Positions 1-18,090 are shown, numbered from the stretch's first letter. The stretch: DNA of 64,000 nt from Meiothermus cerbereus (GCF_051297115.1 NZ_JBEVAL010000010.1:107-64106); one strand, 5' to 3'. Notes: generated by a model from the letters alone, not told the origin. A program made the numbers and translations.

Positions 1-117
1 ATCCGGTTGGCGCTGGCCGCCCAGCCGCTGGTGCTACGCCCACCCGAACAGCGCCACCAGGAAGCTGCCATCGCTGCCCTGCAGGCCCTACTTCAAAAAA
101 GCGAGAACTCCAGATAG
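1..117 (+). CDS. 3' end of an unidentified protein-coding gene (partial, enters from the left window edge)
   Basis: Frame 1 is open from the edge to TAG at 115-117 and is followed by a hairpin plus T-run. The 38 aa show no recognisable domain. Confidence 0.3.
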   Translation: MRLALAAQPLVLRPPEQRHQEAAIAALQALLQKSENSR

Positions 118-141
118 CCAACTATCTGGGGGCTATCTTTT
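112..141 (+). terminator. Intrinsic terminator of the upstream partial CDS
   Basis: Perfect 8-bp stem agatagcc(112-119)/ggctatct(131-138) followed by TTT. An alternative stem is ccagatag/ctatctgg at 110-129. Confidence 0.5.
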
Positions 142-205
142 AGTTACCTGAAGATGTCCTCGAGTGCAGCAACGCAGCAGTTTGTGCATAGTTGCTCGAG
201 CCAAC

Positions 206-227
206 AAAAAACCCGGCACAGCCGGGG
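206..227 (-). terminator. Intrinsic terminator downstream of the tRNA-His/tRNA-Leu pair
   Basis: The minus strand reads ccccggc-tgt-gccggg followed by TTTTTT, immediately 3' of tRNA-Leu. Confidence 0.7.
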
Positions 228-232
228 TTATG

Positions 233-317
233 TGGTGCGCGGAGGGGGACTTGAACCCCCACACCTTGCGGCACAAGATCCTAAGTCTTGCGTGTCTACC
301 AGTTCCACCATCCGCGC
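233..317 (-). tRNA. tRNA-Leu (anticodon UAG), class II with long variable arm, CCA encoded
   Basis: The reverse complement folds as a cloverleaf. Acceptor is gcgcgga/tccgcgc, the D-arm is GGTGGAACTGGTAGACAC-like, and the anticodon stem caaga/tcttg carries loop cTTAGga. The T-arm is gggggTTCAAGTccccc and the 3' end is ACCA. Confidence 0.9.
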
Positions 318-383
318 ACGGTAGAAGGGCTTGCGATTGGGGCCAGACTTTTTGTCCTGTGCCCCAATCATTTGCCCTGGTTT

Positions 384-461
384 TGGGGTGAGCGATGGGA
401 CTTGAACCCACGACCCCCGGTTCCACAGACCGGTGCTCTAACCTGCTGAGCTACGCTCACC
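384..461 (-). tRNA. tRNA-His (anticodon GUG) with encoded G-1 and CCA
   Basis: The reverse complement starts with G-1, which pairs with C73. Acceptor is gtgagcg/cgctcac, the anticodon stem ccggt/accgg carries loop cTGTGga, and the T-loop is GGTTCAAGT. Confidence 0.9.
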
Positions 462-481
462 ACGCCGCAACAGCAAAAGGT

Positions 482-510
482 ATTGTAGGCTTCGCTTAGG
501 TTATCGTCAA
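482..510 (-). promoter_or_regulatory. Sigma-A type promoter for the tRNA-His/tRNA-Leu operon
   Basis: Minus strand has TTGACG (505-510), a 17-nt spacer, and TACAAT (482-487), about 20 nt upstream of the tRNA-His 5' end. Confidence 0.55.
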
Positions 511-546
511 GCCAGATACGATGTGGTTCACTGTACAGGCGGGCAA

Positions 547-1206
547 ATGCGCCTGGCATTATTGACGCAGCCATGCTCAAATCCTATACTCTGCGCCAAG
601 GTGTCAAACAACCGTTCGTTTGAAGAGGCCAAAGGAGAAAAGGTAAACCGCCGCGACGAAATTCTGGATGCAGCCGGTCAGCTTTTCAGCCGACAGGGGT
701 TTCACGCCACCTCGATGCGGGATCTGGCTCGAGCCGTTAATTTGCAAGGTGGAAGCCTTTACGCCCATATCCAGTCGAAGGAAGAGGTGTTGTTTGAGCT
801 GGTAAATCGGGCTGCGGATGAGTTTTTGAGCAATGCTGAAGCGATACCTTCCGATCTATCACCCAAAGAGCAGCTCGAGCGCCTTGTGCACGGACACCTC
901 GAGGTAATCGTGCGCGAGCTGGATAATGCCACGGTCTTCTTTCACGAGTGGAAATTTCTGAACCCGGAGCTACAGCGCAAAATCACCGCCCGCCGGGATG
1001 CCTACGAGGCCCACTTTCGCCGGATTATCGAGGCGGGTGTTCAGCAGGGCCAGTTCCAGGTCGAGGATGTTCGGCTGGCGAGCCTGTTTATACTTTCGGC
1101 TCTGAACTGGACGTATCACTGGTACCGACCCGGCGGCAAGCTGACCCTCGAGTCCCTCTCGAGCCACTACTGCACGCTCATTTTCAAAACTTTAGGAGCT
1201 TCTTGA
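547..1206 (+). CDS. TetR/AcrR family transcriptional regulator
   Basis: N-terminal HTH signature RRDEILDAAGQLFSRQGFHATSMRDLARAVNLQGGSLYAHIQSKEEVL. The start is ambiguous between GTG 523, ATG 547 and GTG 601; the stop at 1204-1206 is firm. Confidence 0.85.
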   Translation: MRLALLTQPCSNPILCAKVSNNRSFEEAKGEKVNRRDEILDAAGQLFSRQGFHATSMRDLARAVNLQGGSLYAHIQSKEEVLFELVNRAADEFLSNAEAIPSDLSPKEQLERLVHGHLEVIVRELDNATVFFHEWKFLNPELQRKITARRDAYEAHFRRIIEAGVQQGQFQVEDVRLASLFILSALNWTYHWYRPGGKLTLESLSSHYCTLIFKTLGAS

Positions 1207-1259
1207 GCCCACACAAACCATACCCTAGCCCTGGCTGCCTCGGGTAAAATCGGGTTCAA

Positions 1260-1946
1260 ATGCCCTATCTTCATCAGCCAGGCTTCCTAGAGGGCCTTAG
1301 CGATTACGAACGCGAAAGGCTTGCGCAGATTTGCCCACCCCGAATCTTCCAGCCCGGCGAGCTGCTGCACCGCATGGGCGACCCCTGTCAGAGTTTGATA
1401 ATCTTGATTGAGGGCCAGGTAAAGCTGCTGAGGGTGGTTGCCGGAGGCCAGGAACGCATTGTTTATGTGGCCGGCAGCGGCGACCTGCTGGGCATTAACT
1501 TTTTGGATCAGGACGCGACCCATACCAGCAACGCGGTCTGCCTGAGCCGCGTGATGATCTGTCCGGTGGGAAAAAGCCAGGTCGAGCAGGTCTCGCGTGA
1601 GTTGCCCAATGTGCCACTGCGGCTGGCCCAGGTGCTGGCACAACGCGCGGCTTTGCTTGAGGGCCAGCTCGAGGTGGCTTCAGCTCCGGTGGCCTTCCGC
1701 CTGGGGCGTGCCCTAGCCTGGCTTGCACAGCGCTTTAGCACGCCCGATTTTTCGGCCTGGCGTGATTTACCCATAGAGCTCAAGCAAGAAGACCTGGCAG
1801 CCATGTGCGCAACCACTCGGGTTTCGGTTACCAATAGCCTGGGCGAGCTTAGAAACCTGGGGCTGGTGCAAGGTACCCGAGGTCGGTACCGGGTAAATCT
1901 AAAAGCCCTCGAGGGTTGGCTCGAGGGCTTTGGTGAAATGGCCTAG
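1260..1946 (+). CDS. Crp/Fnr family transcriptional regulator (cNMP-binding-like domain plus C-terminal HTH)
   Basis: The beta-roll region is followed by the HTH EDLAAMCATTRVSVTNSLGELRNLGLV. Size is 228 aa. Confidence 0.85.
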   Translation: MPYLHQPGFLEGLSDYERERLAQICPPRIFQPGELLHRMGDPCQSLIILIEGQVKLLRVVAGGQERIVYVAGSGDLLGINFLDQDATHTSNAVCLSRVMICPVGKSQVEQVSRELPNVPLRLAQVLAQRAALLEGQLEVASAPVAFRLGRALAWLAQRFSTPDFSAWRDLPIELKQEDLAAMCATTRVSVTNSLGELRNLGLVQGTRGRYRVNLKALEGWLEGFGEMA

Positions 1947-2399
1947 TTATCTGCGGCCCCAGGGTGTAAATACCAGGTCAGATGCACTGGCTTGGCGGTG
2001 GCAATCCACACACATGGCCGGGTTGGCCAGCGCTCCACCTTGGAGGGTGTCGCCTTTACGCTCGTAGGCTGCCCAGGCCCAGTCGCCAGCAGTGTTGCTG
2101 CGCTTTTGCATCACCCATACATTGGTAACCTGCAGGCTTTGGGGATCAACCCGCTCCTTAACGAAAATAGTGCCCTGGGCAAAGGGCAGGTTGTAGCTTC
2201 CATTCGCGCCCAGCAGCCGATCGGGGGCCAGGTTGACATACACATCTTTCCCCATGGGGTGTGCGCCAGACGTGTTGATCTTGTTCACATTGACCCGGGT
2301 CCAGCTCGCGTAAGCACGGATATTTTCCGCCAGGCTGGTCACCTGTCCCAAAACCACCCCAACAAGCAGCAATCCCACTAATGCCATCCACTTTTTCAT
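1947..2399 (-). CDS. Secreted c-type haem protein, cytochrome P460-like family
   Basis: Signal peptide MKKWMALVGLLLVGVVLG and a single CxxCH (CVDCH) near the C-terminus. The roughly 150-aa beta-rich architecture is typical of P460-fold proteins. Confidence 0.65.
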   Translation of the reverse strand: MKKWMALVGLLLVGVVLGQVTSLAENIRAYASWTRVNVNKINTSGAHPMGKDVYVNLAPDRLLGANGSYNLPFAQGTIFVKERVDPQSLQVTNVWVMQKRSNTAGDWAWAAYERKGDTLQGGALANPAMCVDCHRQASASDLVFTPWGRR

Positions 2400-2671
2400 A
2401 AGCTTCCTCCCAGGTTGAGCCTACGTCCTATCCCAGGGGGGCTGTGTATTGCGCATAACCTAAGCGCGTTTGTGTTCGTGAACATCGGGGGTGTTGTGCT
2501 TGGGCCAGCGAATGGGCCATGGCCCAGGAAGCCTGCTCGAGCTGTAGCGCTTTGGCTACCAGGCGATTGATTTGCGCCCCAGGAGCCTGTTCACCGACCT
2601 CGAGAGCCAGGCTACCTAGGTGGTGCCATAACCCCTACACCTCAGGGCCAGCGGGTGGGGTTCATATAAGC

Positions 2672-2786
2672 AAGTGTCTCCATAAGCGAAATGCAAGATG
2701 CCGTACCGAAAGTTCGCTTTAGGAATTGCGCCAGGTATGCATTGACCCATTCCGCTGGTTTTGCCAATCTGCCCTGGCGCAACTTA
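2672..2786 (+). repeat. 115-bp structured dispersed repeat, copy 1
   Basis: 112/115 identical to 34911-35025 in the same orientation. It contains inverted repeats aagcgaa/ttcgctt and ttgcgccagg/cctggcgcaa. Confidence 0.85.
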
Positions 2787-2830
2787 GTCCTTCTCCCAAG
2801 GGGTCTTTTGCAATTTCTCTGAAGAACGCC

Positions 2831-3700
2831 CTATTGCAGGTTTTGCAGAGCGTTTTGGAGCGCTTCTTCAAAGGCCTGGGGCTGGTCGATCCAGGCATAA
2901 TGGCCTGCACCTTCAATCAGCTCGAGCTGGCCGCCAACCAGGTCGGCAATGGTCTGGGCTTCGGGGTAACTGCTGGCATCCAGGGCACCCAGCAAAACCG
3001 CAGTGGCCGCCTGCACCTCGAGCACAAAGGGGGTATAGTCTAGCCGCCAAAGCCCGTTGAGCACAAACATTCGCCCTGGGGTATCGGCCCCCACCACGGT
3101 TGATCCCTCGGCTATCCATTCGTATTCCATGCGGCTGTGCGGGCTGGGAAACAGCAGACGATCAAAAGCTGCTTTTGGCTCTACCGTAGCAAAAGCCTCC
3201 TGCAGCAGCCGGGTTCCGTCTTCGGGAATCTCTAGGTCTGCGTTTTCGTCCATGCCCCTCAGTGCCAGCGAGGCCCGGTATAGCTGGCGGGCCAGCCAGG
3301 GAAAGTTGGTCCAGGGGTTGATGAGCACCAGCTGCTCGGTGGTGTCGGGCGAGCGGCGGGCATAATCCAGGGCCAACAGCCCACCAAACCCATGCCCCAG
3401 CAGTGTCCAGGAATTAAGCCCCAGGTGGTCGCGCAGGTGGAAAAGGTCGCTCACCAGCGCATCAATGGTAAAAAGTCCGGGTTCTTCTGGAAGGGCTGGG
3501 CTGCGCCCACCACCGCGCTGATCCAGGTAAATCACCCTGAAGCCCTCCAGGTACTCCTCCAGGCCCTCCCGCAGGGTATAGCTGCTACCCCCCGGCCCGC
3601 CGTGGAGCACCACGATGGCCGGTGCATCAGGTGGGCCGGTGTCCTCGAGGTAGACCTCTACCCCATCGTCAACTGCAATCAAATCGATTTCTTCACGCAT
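2831..3700 (-). CDS. Alpha/beta hydrolase, proline-iminopeptidase-like, with Gly in place of the nucleophile Ser
   Basis: HGGPGGSS oxyanion motif and a nucleophile elbow that reads G-H-G-F-G-G. The C-terminal GAGHY histidine is retained. Confidence 0.8.
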   Translation of the reverse strand: MREEIDLIAVDDGVEVYLEDTGPPDAPAIVVLHGGPGGSSYTLREGLEEYLEGFRVIYLDQRGGGRSPALPEEPGLFTIDALVSDLFHLRDHLGLNSWTLLGHGFGGLLALDYARRSPDTTEQLVLINPWTNFPWLARQLYRASLALRGMDENADLEIPEDGTRLLQEAFATVEPKAAFDRLLFPSPHSRMEYEWIAEGSTVVGADTPGRMFVLNGLWRLDYTPFVLEVQAATAVLLGALDASSYPEAQTIADLVGGQLELIEGAGHYAWIDQPQAFEEALQNALQNLQ

Positions 3701-3726
3701 ACCTTACCTGACAGATCCGCCACCGG

Positions 3727-3951
3727 CTAAGAGACGGTATCCCGTCTCCCCTCCTCGAGCAGCTCAAAACTCCAGCTACGATAACCCTCGAGCCTCAGGG
3801 CAGCAGCCTCCATCTCGGGGCCAAAAGCCCAGACCTCGAGCAGGAAAAGGGCCTGTTCGGGACGGTGCAGCAGCCGGTAGGGGTGTGGATACCGCCGGGC
3901 CAGGGCCCGCAGGGGCTCTGGGTACTTGCCTTCCACAAATAGCACCTTCAT
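3727..3951 (-). CDS. Small hypothetical protein (74 aa)
   Basis: ORF packed between the aldolase-like and hydrolase genes on the same strand. No motif recognised. Confidence 0.45.
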   Translation of the reverse strand: MKVLFVEGKYPEPLRALARRYPHPYRLLHRPEQALFLLEVWAFGPEMEAAALRLEGYRSWSFELLEEGRRDTVS

Positions 3952-4054
3952 CGGCCTTCAGTCTACCCTTTCGTTTAATGTCGCACTCTTCTCCGACGTG
4001 GCCTCCCAGCCGAGAGGCAACTTCGAGGCGTTTTCGCCAGCCCGGTTGAGCTGC

Positions 4055-4657
4055 TTAGGTATGGGGAGCTCCACCCCCGCCACGCCACAGGCGCTCCAAA
4101 AACAGCACCTCACAAGCTTCCTCCAGGCTGGTCATGAGCGAGTAGGCCTGCAGCAGCGCTTTTTCCGGAAGGTTCAAGCTGCTCTTAACAAAGGCCCCGT
4201 GGCCGCGCACCACGCAAGCAGGGTGATGCTGTAGCACCCTGGCTACAGCATCAGCGGCTTCCTGGGTGGCCGAGAGGGTTGTGGGAGCCACCACCGGAAT
4301 CTGGTCAAAGTAATAGCGGCCCTCGAGGTCAATGGGCACGATGGCCTCGAGGTGAAACGACAGCGCAATGGCGTGGCGGGGGTGGGCGTGTACCACCGCT
4401 GTGGCGTCGGTTTGTTGGTATATGGCCCGGTGAATCACCCGCTCAACCGAGGCCCCCTGGTCCCGCTTTGGGTCGGGCAAAAGCGGCAGAAACATCACAT
4501 CCTCGGGGGTCAGGTGGGCCTTCTGCACACCCGAGCGGGTAATCCAGAGCCCTTCCCCCTCCCGCACCGAGTAGTTGCCCGAGGTGGCCGAGGCCAGCCC
4601 AGCAGCAAACAAATCAGCGCCAACTTGCTGAAAGGCAAGATAAAGCTTGGCTTTCAT
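4055..4657 (-). CDS. Class II aldolase/adducin family protein (fuculose-phosphate aldolase / MtnB-like)
   Basis: Motifs SGNYSVREGEGLWITRSG and VVHAHPRHAIALS (zinc-binding His cluster). A TGgTATAAG extended -10 lies upstream. Confidence 0.85.
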   Translation of the reverse strand: MKAKLYLAFQQVGADLFAAGLASATSGNYSVREGEGLWITRSGVQKAHLTPEDVMFLPLLPDPKRDQGASVERVIHRAIYQQTDATAVVHAHPRHAIALSFHLEAIVPIDLEGRYYFDQIPVVAPTTLSATQEAADAVARVLQHHPACVVRGHGAFVKSSLNLPEKALLQAYSLMTSLEEACEVLFLERLWRGGGGAPHT

Positions 4658-4943
4658 GAGCTATCTGCCCCTAGCAGCCCGGAAGTCTGCCAATCCTTAG
4701 GTTCTTATACCAGACTCGATTCATCTGTTTCCAGTCAGAAAAAAACCGGCGAGCGCAGAGCCTGCCCCAAACAATCGGCACCCGGGCCTCTTTTTGAAGA
4801 TTGTCTGTGTGAAGCCGGTATTAGGGTGCTCTTCATCCTCACCAACATTACTACCCGGAAAGTGGCCTGTTGGCGTCCTCGAGGGCACATTAGGCCATGG
4901 GCTGCAAGCACAAAGCCTACAGCCCATAGGGAGGCGTTCTGCT

Positions 4944-9524
<4,581 letters not shown>

Positions 9525-9581
9525 TTTTTCCCTCTTGGATAGCCAATGGCCCATCAATAGGGCCATCGGCTTTCACTGCTT

Positions 9582-12956
<3,375 letters not shown>

Positions 12957-13204
12957 CAAAACACCTCATAACCCGTACGCTCTTATCTGCCCGCACTGGT
13001 GCAGAAACGGCTTGCCTGGGGTCGTTTGGGGGTTTTCGTAAGCTAACAGGGTTCTTCCGCAGGCGAAAATTCCCTGCGGCGGCTGGCTCTTACGCTTTTT
13101 GTGGGGCACACCTGGGGTGCAGGCCACAAAACACAAACGCCAGTGTACCACACCTACACGTGAAGGCACAATATGCACCCCGAATCTTCAAGCTGCTAGA
13201 GGCG

Positions 13205-13213
13205 AGTGTAACA
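13205..13213 (-). promoter_or_regulatory. Candidate extended -10 promoter (TGTTACACT) for rpoBC
   Basis: Minus strand reads tgTGTTACACTcgcc about 245 nt upstream of the rpoB start. The same box occurs at the mglB promoter. Confidence 0.35.
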
Positions 13214-13286
13214 CAGAATGAGATTTTTGAGGAGTAGCCGGGCCCTCCGTCACAACCGGGCTGCGACCCCCAAAGCAAGAGGGGTT

Positions 13287-14609
<1,323 letters not shown>

Positions 14610-14684
14610 TTAGCGCCGCATCCGAGCTCGAGGTGCTTTCTGCGTGAGCCCGCGCGGTGTTCAGGCCCTTTGGGATCGCATTAG

Positions 14685-14972
14685 CTATTCGATGACCCTG
14701 GGCACTTTGAACTGCCCCTCGAGCTGCTCAATGGCTACCGAGAGGGCTTCCTGCTGCGAAAGCGATGGGCCAACCTGGTCGGCCCGCAGGCGGTTGGTGA
14801 TCTCTACCGGTCGGGCCATCTCGGGAAGCCCCTGGGTATCAAGCTCGCTCAGCTTCTCAAAAAAACCCACAATCGAGCGCAGTTCGCCCTCGAGCCGGGT
14901 CTCTTCTTCGGGCGTGAGTGCAAGCCTTGAAAGCCTGCCCAGATTTTTCACCAGCTCAGGCGTAATCTCCAT
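14685..14972 (-). CDS. gatC: Asp/Glu-tRNA amidotransferase subunit C
   Basis: MEITPELVKNLGRLSRLALTPEEE...ADQV is the GatC signature. The second ATG (14972) is chosen because TGgTATTAG (14983-14991) lies only 10 nt upstream, which leaves the first ATG at 14981 too close to be transcribed. Confidence 0.88.
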   Translation of the reverse strand: MEITPELVKNLGRLSRLALTPEEETRLEGELRSIVGFFEKLSELDTQGLPEMARPVEITNRLRADQVGPSLSQQEALSVAIEQLEGQFKVPRVIE

Positions 14973-15119
14973 AGCTGTCATTCTAATACCAGATTCGCCC
15001 GGTTCGTTAGCAAAGGCGAGCAGAGGGGGCTAATAAAAAATGTCTTTGCTTTGTTCTTTTTGCTGAGGCCCCCGCTGTGTGGCTGCTCGCCCGGTGAAGG
15101 CATCGAAGCGGCCTGGCCC

Positions 15120-16259
15120 CTACAGGAAATCCCCCAGAATACGCTCAACCTGGTCGGTCTCAATCAGAAAGGCATCGTGGCCATGCGGGCTGTGAATCTC
15201 GCGGTACATGGCGCCGCTCAAAGCAGCCATTTCACGAACCTCCTGGGCGGTGTACAGCACGTCGGTGTTGATGCCGACAAACAAGCTGGGGATGCCCTTT
15301 AGGCGGTTTAGTGCGGCCTCGAGGCCTCCGCGCCCACGGCCCACATCGTGGGTATCCATGGCCTCCGAGAGGGTAAGGTAGGCGTTGGCGTCGAAGCGTT
15401 TGGCAAATTTTTCTCCCTGGTACAGCACATAACTCTCGCCCCGCTCAGGGTGCTGTTGCCAGCGCAGGCGGAAGGAGTCGGGTGAGCGGAAGGAAAGCAT
15501 CGCGATGGCCCGGCCCAGTTGAAGCCCCAGGGGCTGTTCGGTGTAGTAGCCACCCCGATAGCCGGGGTCGGCCAGCACCGCTTCGCGCGAGAGTCGGTTA
15601 AAAGCCCGGGCCCAGGGGCTATGCACTGCGGGTGCGGCCAGCACCACCATCTTATGCACCCGGTGTGGGTACAGCAGGGCGAACTCCAGCGCTACCATCC
15701 CGCCCAGGCTGCCCCCCAGCAAGGTCACCTTTTCGATGCCCAGGAAGTCCAGGAGCTTGGCCTGGGCTCGAGCCAGGTCACGCACGGTGAGCTTGGGAAA
15801 TTCCGGCCCATAGGGCCGGCCTGTGGCCGGGTTGAGCGAAAGGGGGCCGGTAGAGCCATAGCAACTGCCAATGTGGTTGGCACAAATGACAAAATACTTC
15901 TCCGTATCCAGCATCCGGCCCGGCCCGGCCAGCGCGTCCCACCAGCCGTCCGGCCCGAAGGCCTGGTCGAGCCTGGGCAGGCTGCTGAGGGTTTCTTTGC
16001 TATAGGTTCCGGCCAGGTGTGCAGAGCCCGTCCAGGCGTGGAAAACCAGCACCGCGTTGCTGCGCTCGAGGTTGAGCTGACCATAGGTTTCGTAGCGCAT
16101 GCGCAGCTCGGGCAAGGTACCGCCGTACTCGAGGTGAAACCCACCCGCTACCAGGGCCTGGGCCGGTACCGGAGGCGGTACCCGGCCCCGGCTCTTGGGG
16201 GGCTTGATGAGCAGGGCCTCGTGATCGCCCCAGGCCTCTTGAATCAGCAGATCGGTCAT
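15120..16259 (-). CDS. metX: Homoserine O-acetyltransferase
   Basis: Alpha/beta-hydrolase fold with GGSLGG nucleophile elbow. 379 aa, immediately downstream of metY. Confidence 0.9.
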   Translation of the reverse strand: MTDLLIQEAWGDHEALLIKPPKSRGRVPPPVPAQALVAGGFHLEYGGTLPELRMRYETYGQLNLERSNAVLVFHAWTGSAHLAGTYSKETLSSLPRLDQAFGPDGWWDALAGPGRMLDTEKYFVICANHIGSCYGSTGPLSLNPATGRPYGPEFPKLTVRDLARAQAKLLDFLGIEKVTLLGGSLGGMVALEFALLYPHRVHKMVVLAAPAVHSPWARAFNRLSREAVLADPGYRGGYYTEQPLGLQLGRAIAMLSFRSPDSFRLRWQQHPERGESYVLYQGEKFAKRFDANAYLTLSEAMDTHDVGRGRGGLEAALNRLKGIPSLFVGINTDVLYTAQEVREMAALSGAMYREIHSPHGHDAFLIETDQVERILGDFL

Positions 16260-16306
16260 TTCTGGTTATCCCCGGTTGTGAATTGCCAAGCCTAAGGCTA
16301 TGCGCC

Positions 16307-17608
<1,302 letters not shown>

Positions 17609-17610
17609 CT

Positions 17611-17733
17611 ACCGTCTATCCCGAAAGGGATCGTCCGCTTGGTGAACATCCGCTTTAGCGGTCTGTCCCAAAGGGGATCGTCCGCCCGGTGAACAGCCGC
17701 GCCAGCGGTCTGTCCCAAAGGGGATCGTCCGCG
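17611..17733. repeat. Tandem 46-47 bp double-hairpin repeats, cluster A (about 2.6 units)
   Basis: Units ggtgaacaNccgcNNNagcggtctgtcccaaaggggatcgtccgcNN start at 17641 and 17688, with a partial unit at 17611-17640. The cluster lies in the metY 5' UTR. Confidence 0.85.
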
Positions 17734-17772
17734 TGGGATTTGGGGCGCTGTTGGTAGGAGTTTTGCTATAGC

Positions 17773-17812
17773 AAAACCCCCTACCAGACGTTCTTTTATG
17801 GCTGGAAGGGGG
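17773..17812 (-). terminator. Riboswitch expression-platform terminator
   Basis: Minus strand has cccccttccag ... ctggtaggggg followed by TTTT. The 5' arm can alternatively pair with the P1 3' strand (gagaaggg), forming an antiterminator. Confidence 0.75.
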
Positions 17813-17830
17813 TACGGCTTGCGCATTCCC

Positions 17831-18010
17831 TTCTCTTATCTTTCCCAACCGCCAAGCTATGCCTAGCTTCGAACGTCGTGTGCCTACAACGTTCAGCGGA
17901 TGGGCCGGAATTAGCACCGTGCAAAAAGCTTTCTGGTAATGAGCAGAAGCTTTTTGTGGGTTGCTGCGACTTCACAGGGCCGAATCCCTCCGTCGCTCTC
18001 GATAAAAGAA
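17831..18010 (-). promoter_or_regulatory. SAM-I (S-box) riboswitch aptamer controlling metY-metX
   Basis: Minus strand reads TTCTTTTATC-GAGAGCGACGGAGGGATTCGGCCCTGTGAAGTCGCAGCAACCC, a long P3 hairpin, GGTGCTAATTCC, P4, then AAAGATAAGAGAA. All the core S-box motifs I recognise are present in canonical order. Confidence 0.85.
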
Positions 18011-18048
18011 CTTTTGATTGTGGCCGCGCCCCAGCGCGGATAAAAGTG

Positions 18049-18077
18049 AGTGTAGTTAGAAGGTATGGTTATGTCAA
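18049..18077 (-). promoter_or_regulatory. Promoter of the SAM riboswitch-metYX transcript
   Basis: Minus strand has TTGACA (18072-18077), a 17-nt spacer, and TACACT (18049-18054), about 40 nt upstream of P1. Confidence 0.65.
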
Positions 18078-18090
18078 GCCCAGTGCAAAC

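Noticed and set aside
2430-2671. Stop-free minus-strand frame of about 75 codons (…LWHHLGSLALEVGEQAPGAQINRLVAKALQLEQASWAMAHSLAQAQH…) upstream of the P460-like gene
   Set aside because: It has no usable start codon near its 5' end and no recognisable domain. It may be a decayed gene remnant, but the evidence is insufficient to call a pseudogene.
4735-4775. Intrinsic terminator for rpoC (GC-rich segment followed by T8 on the minus strand)
   Set aside because: The T-run (complement of 4738-4745) is convincing, but the preceding stem (ggcaggc/gcgctcgcc) contains mismatches. A better 8-bp hairpin at 4897-4927 has no T-run. This is too ambiguous to list as a feature.
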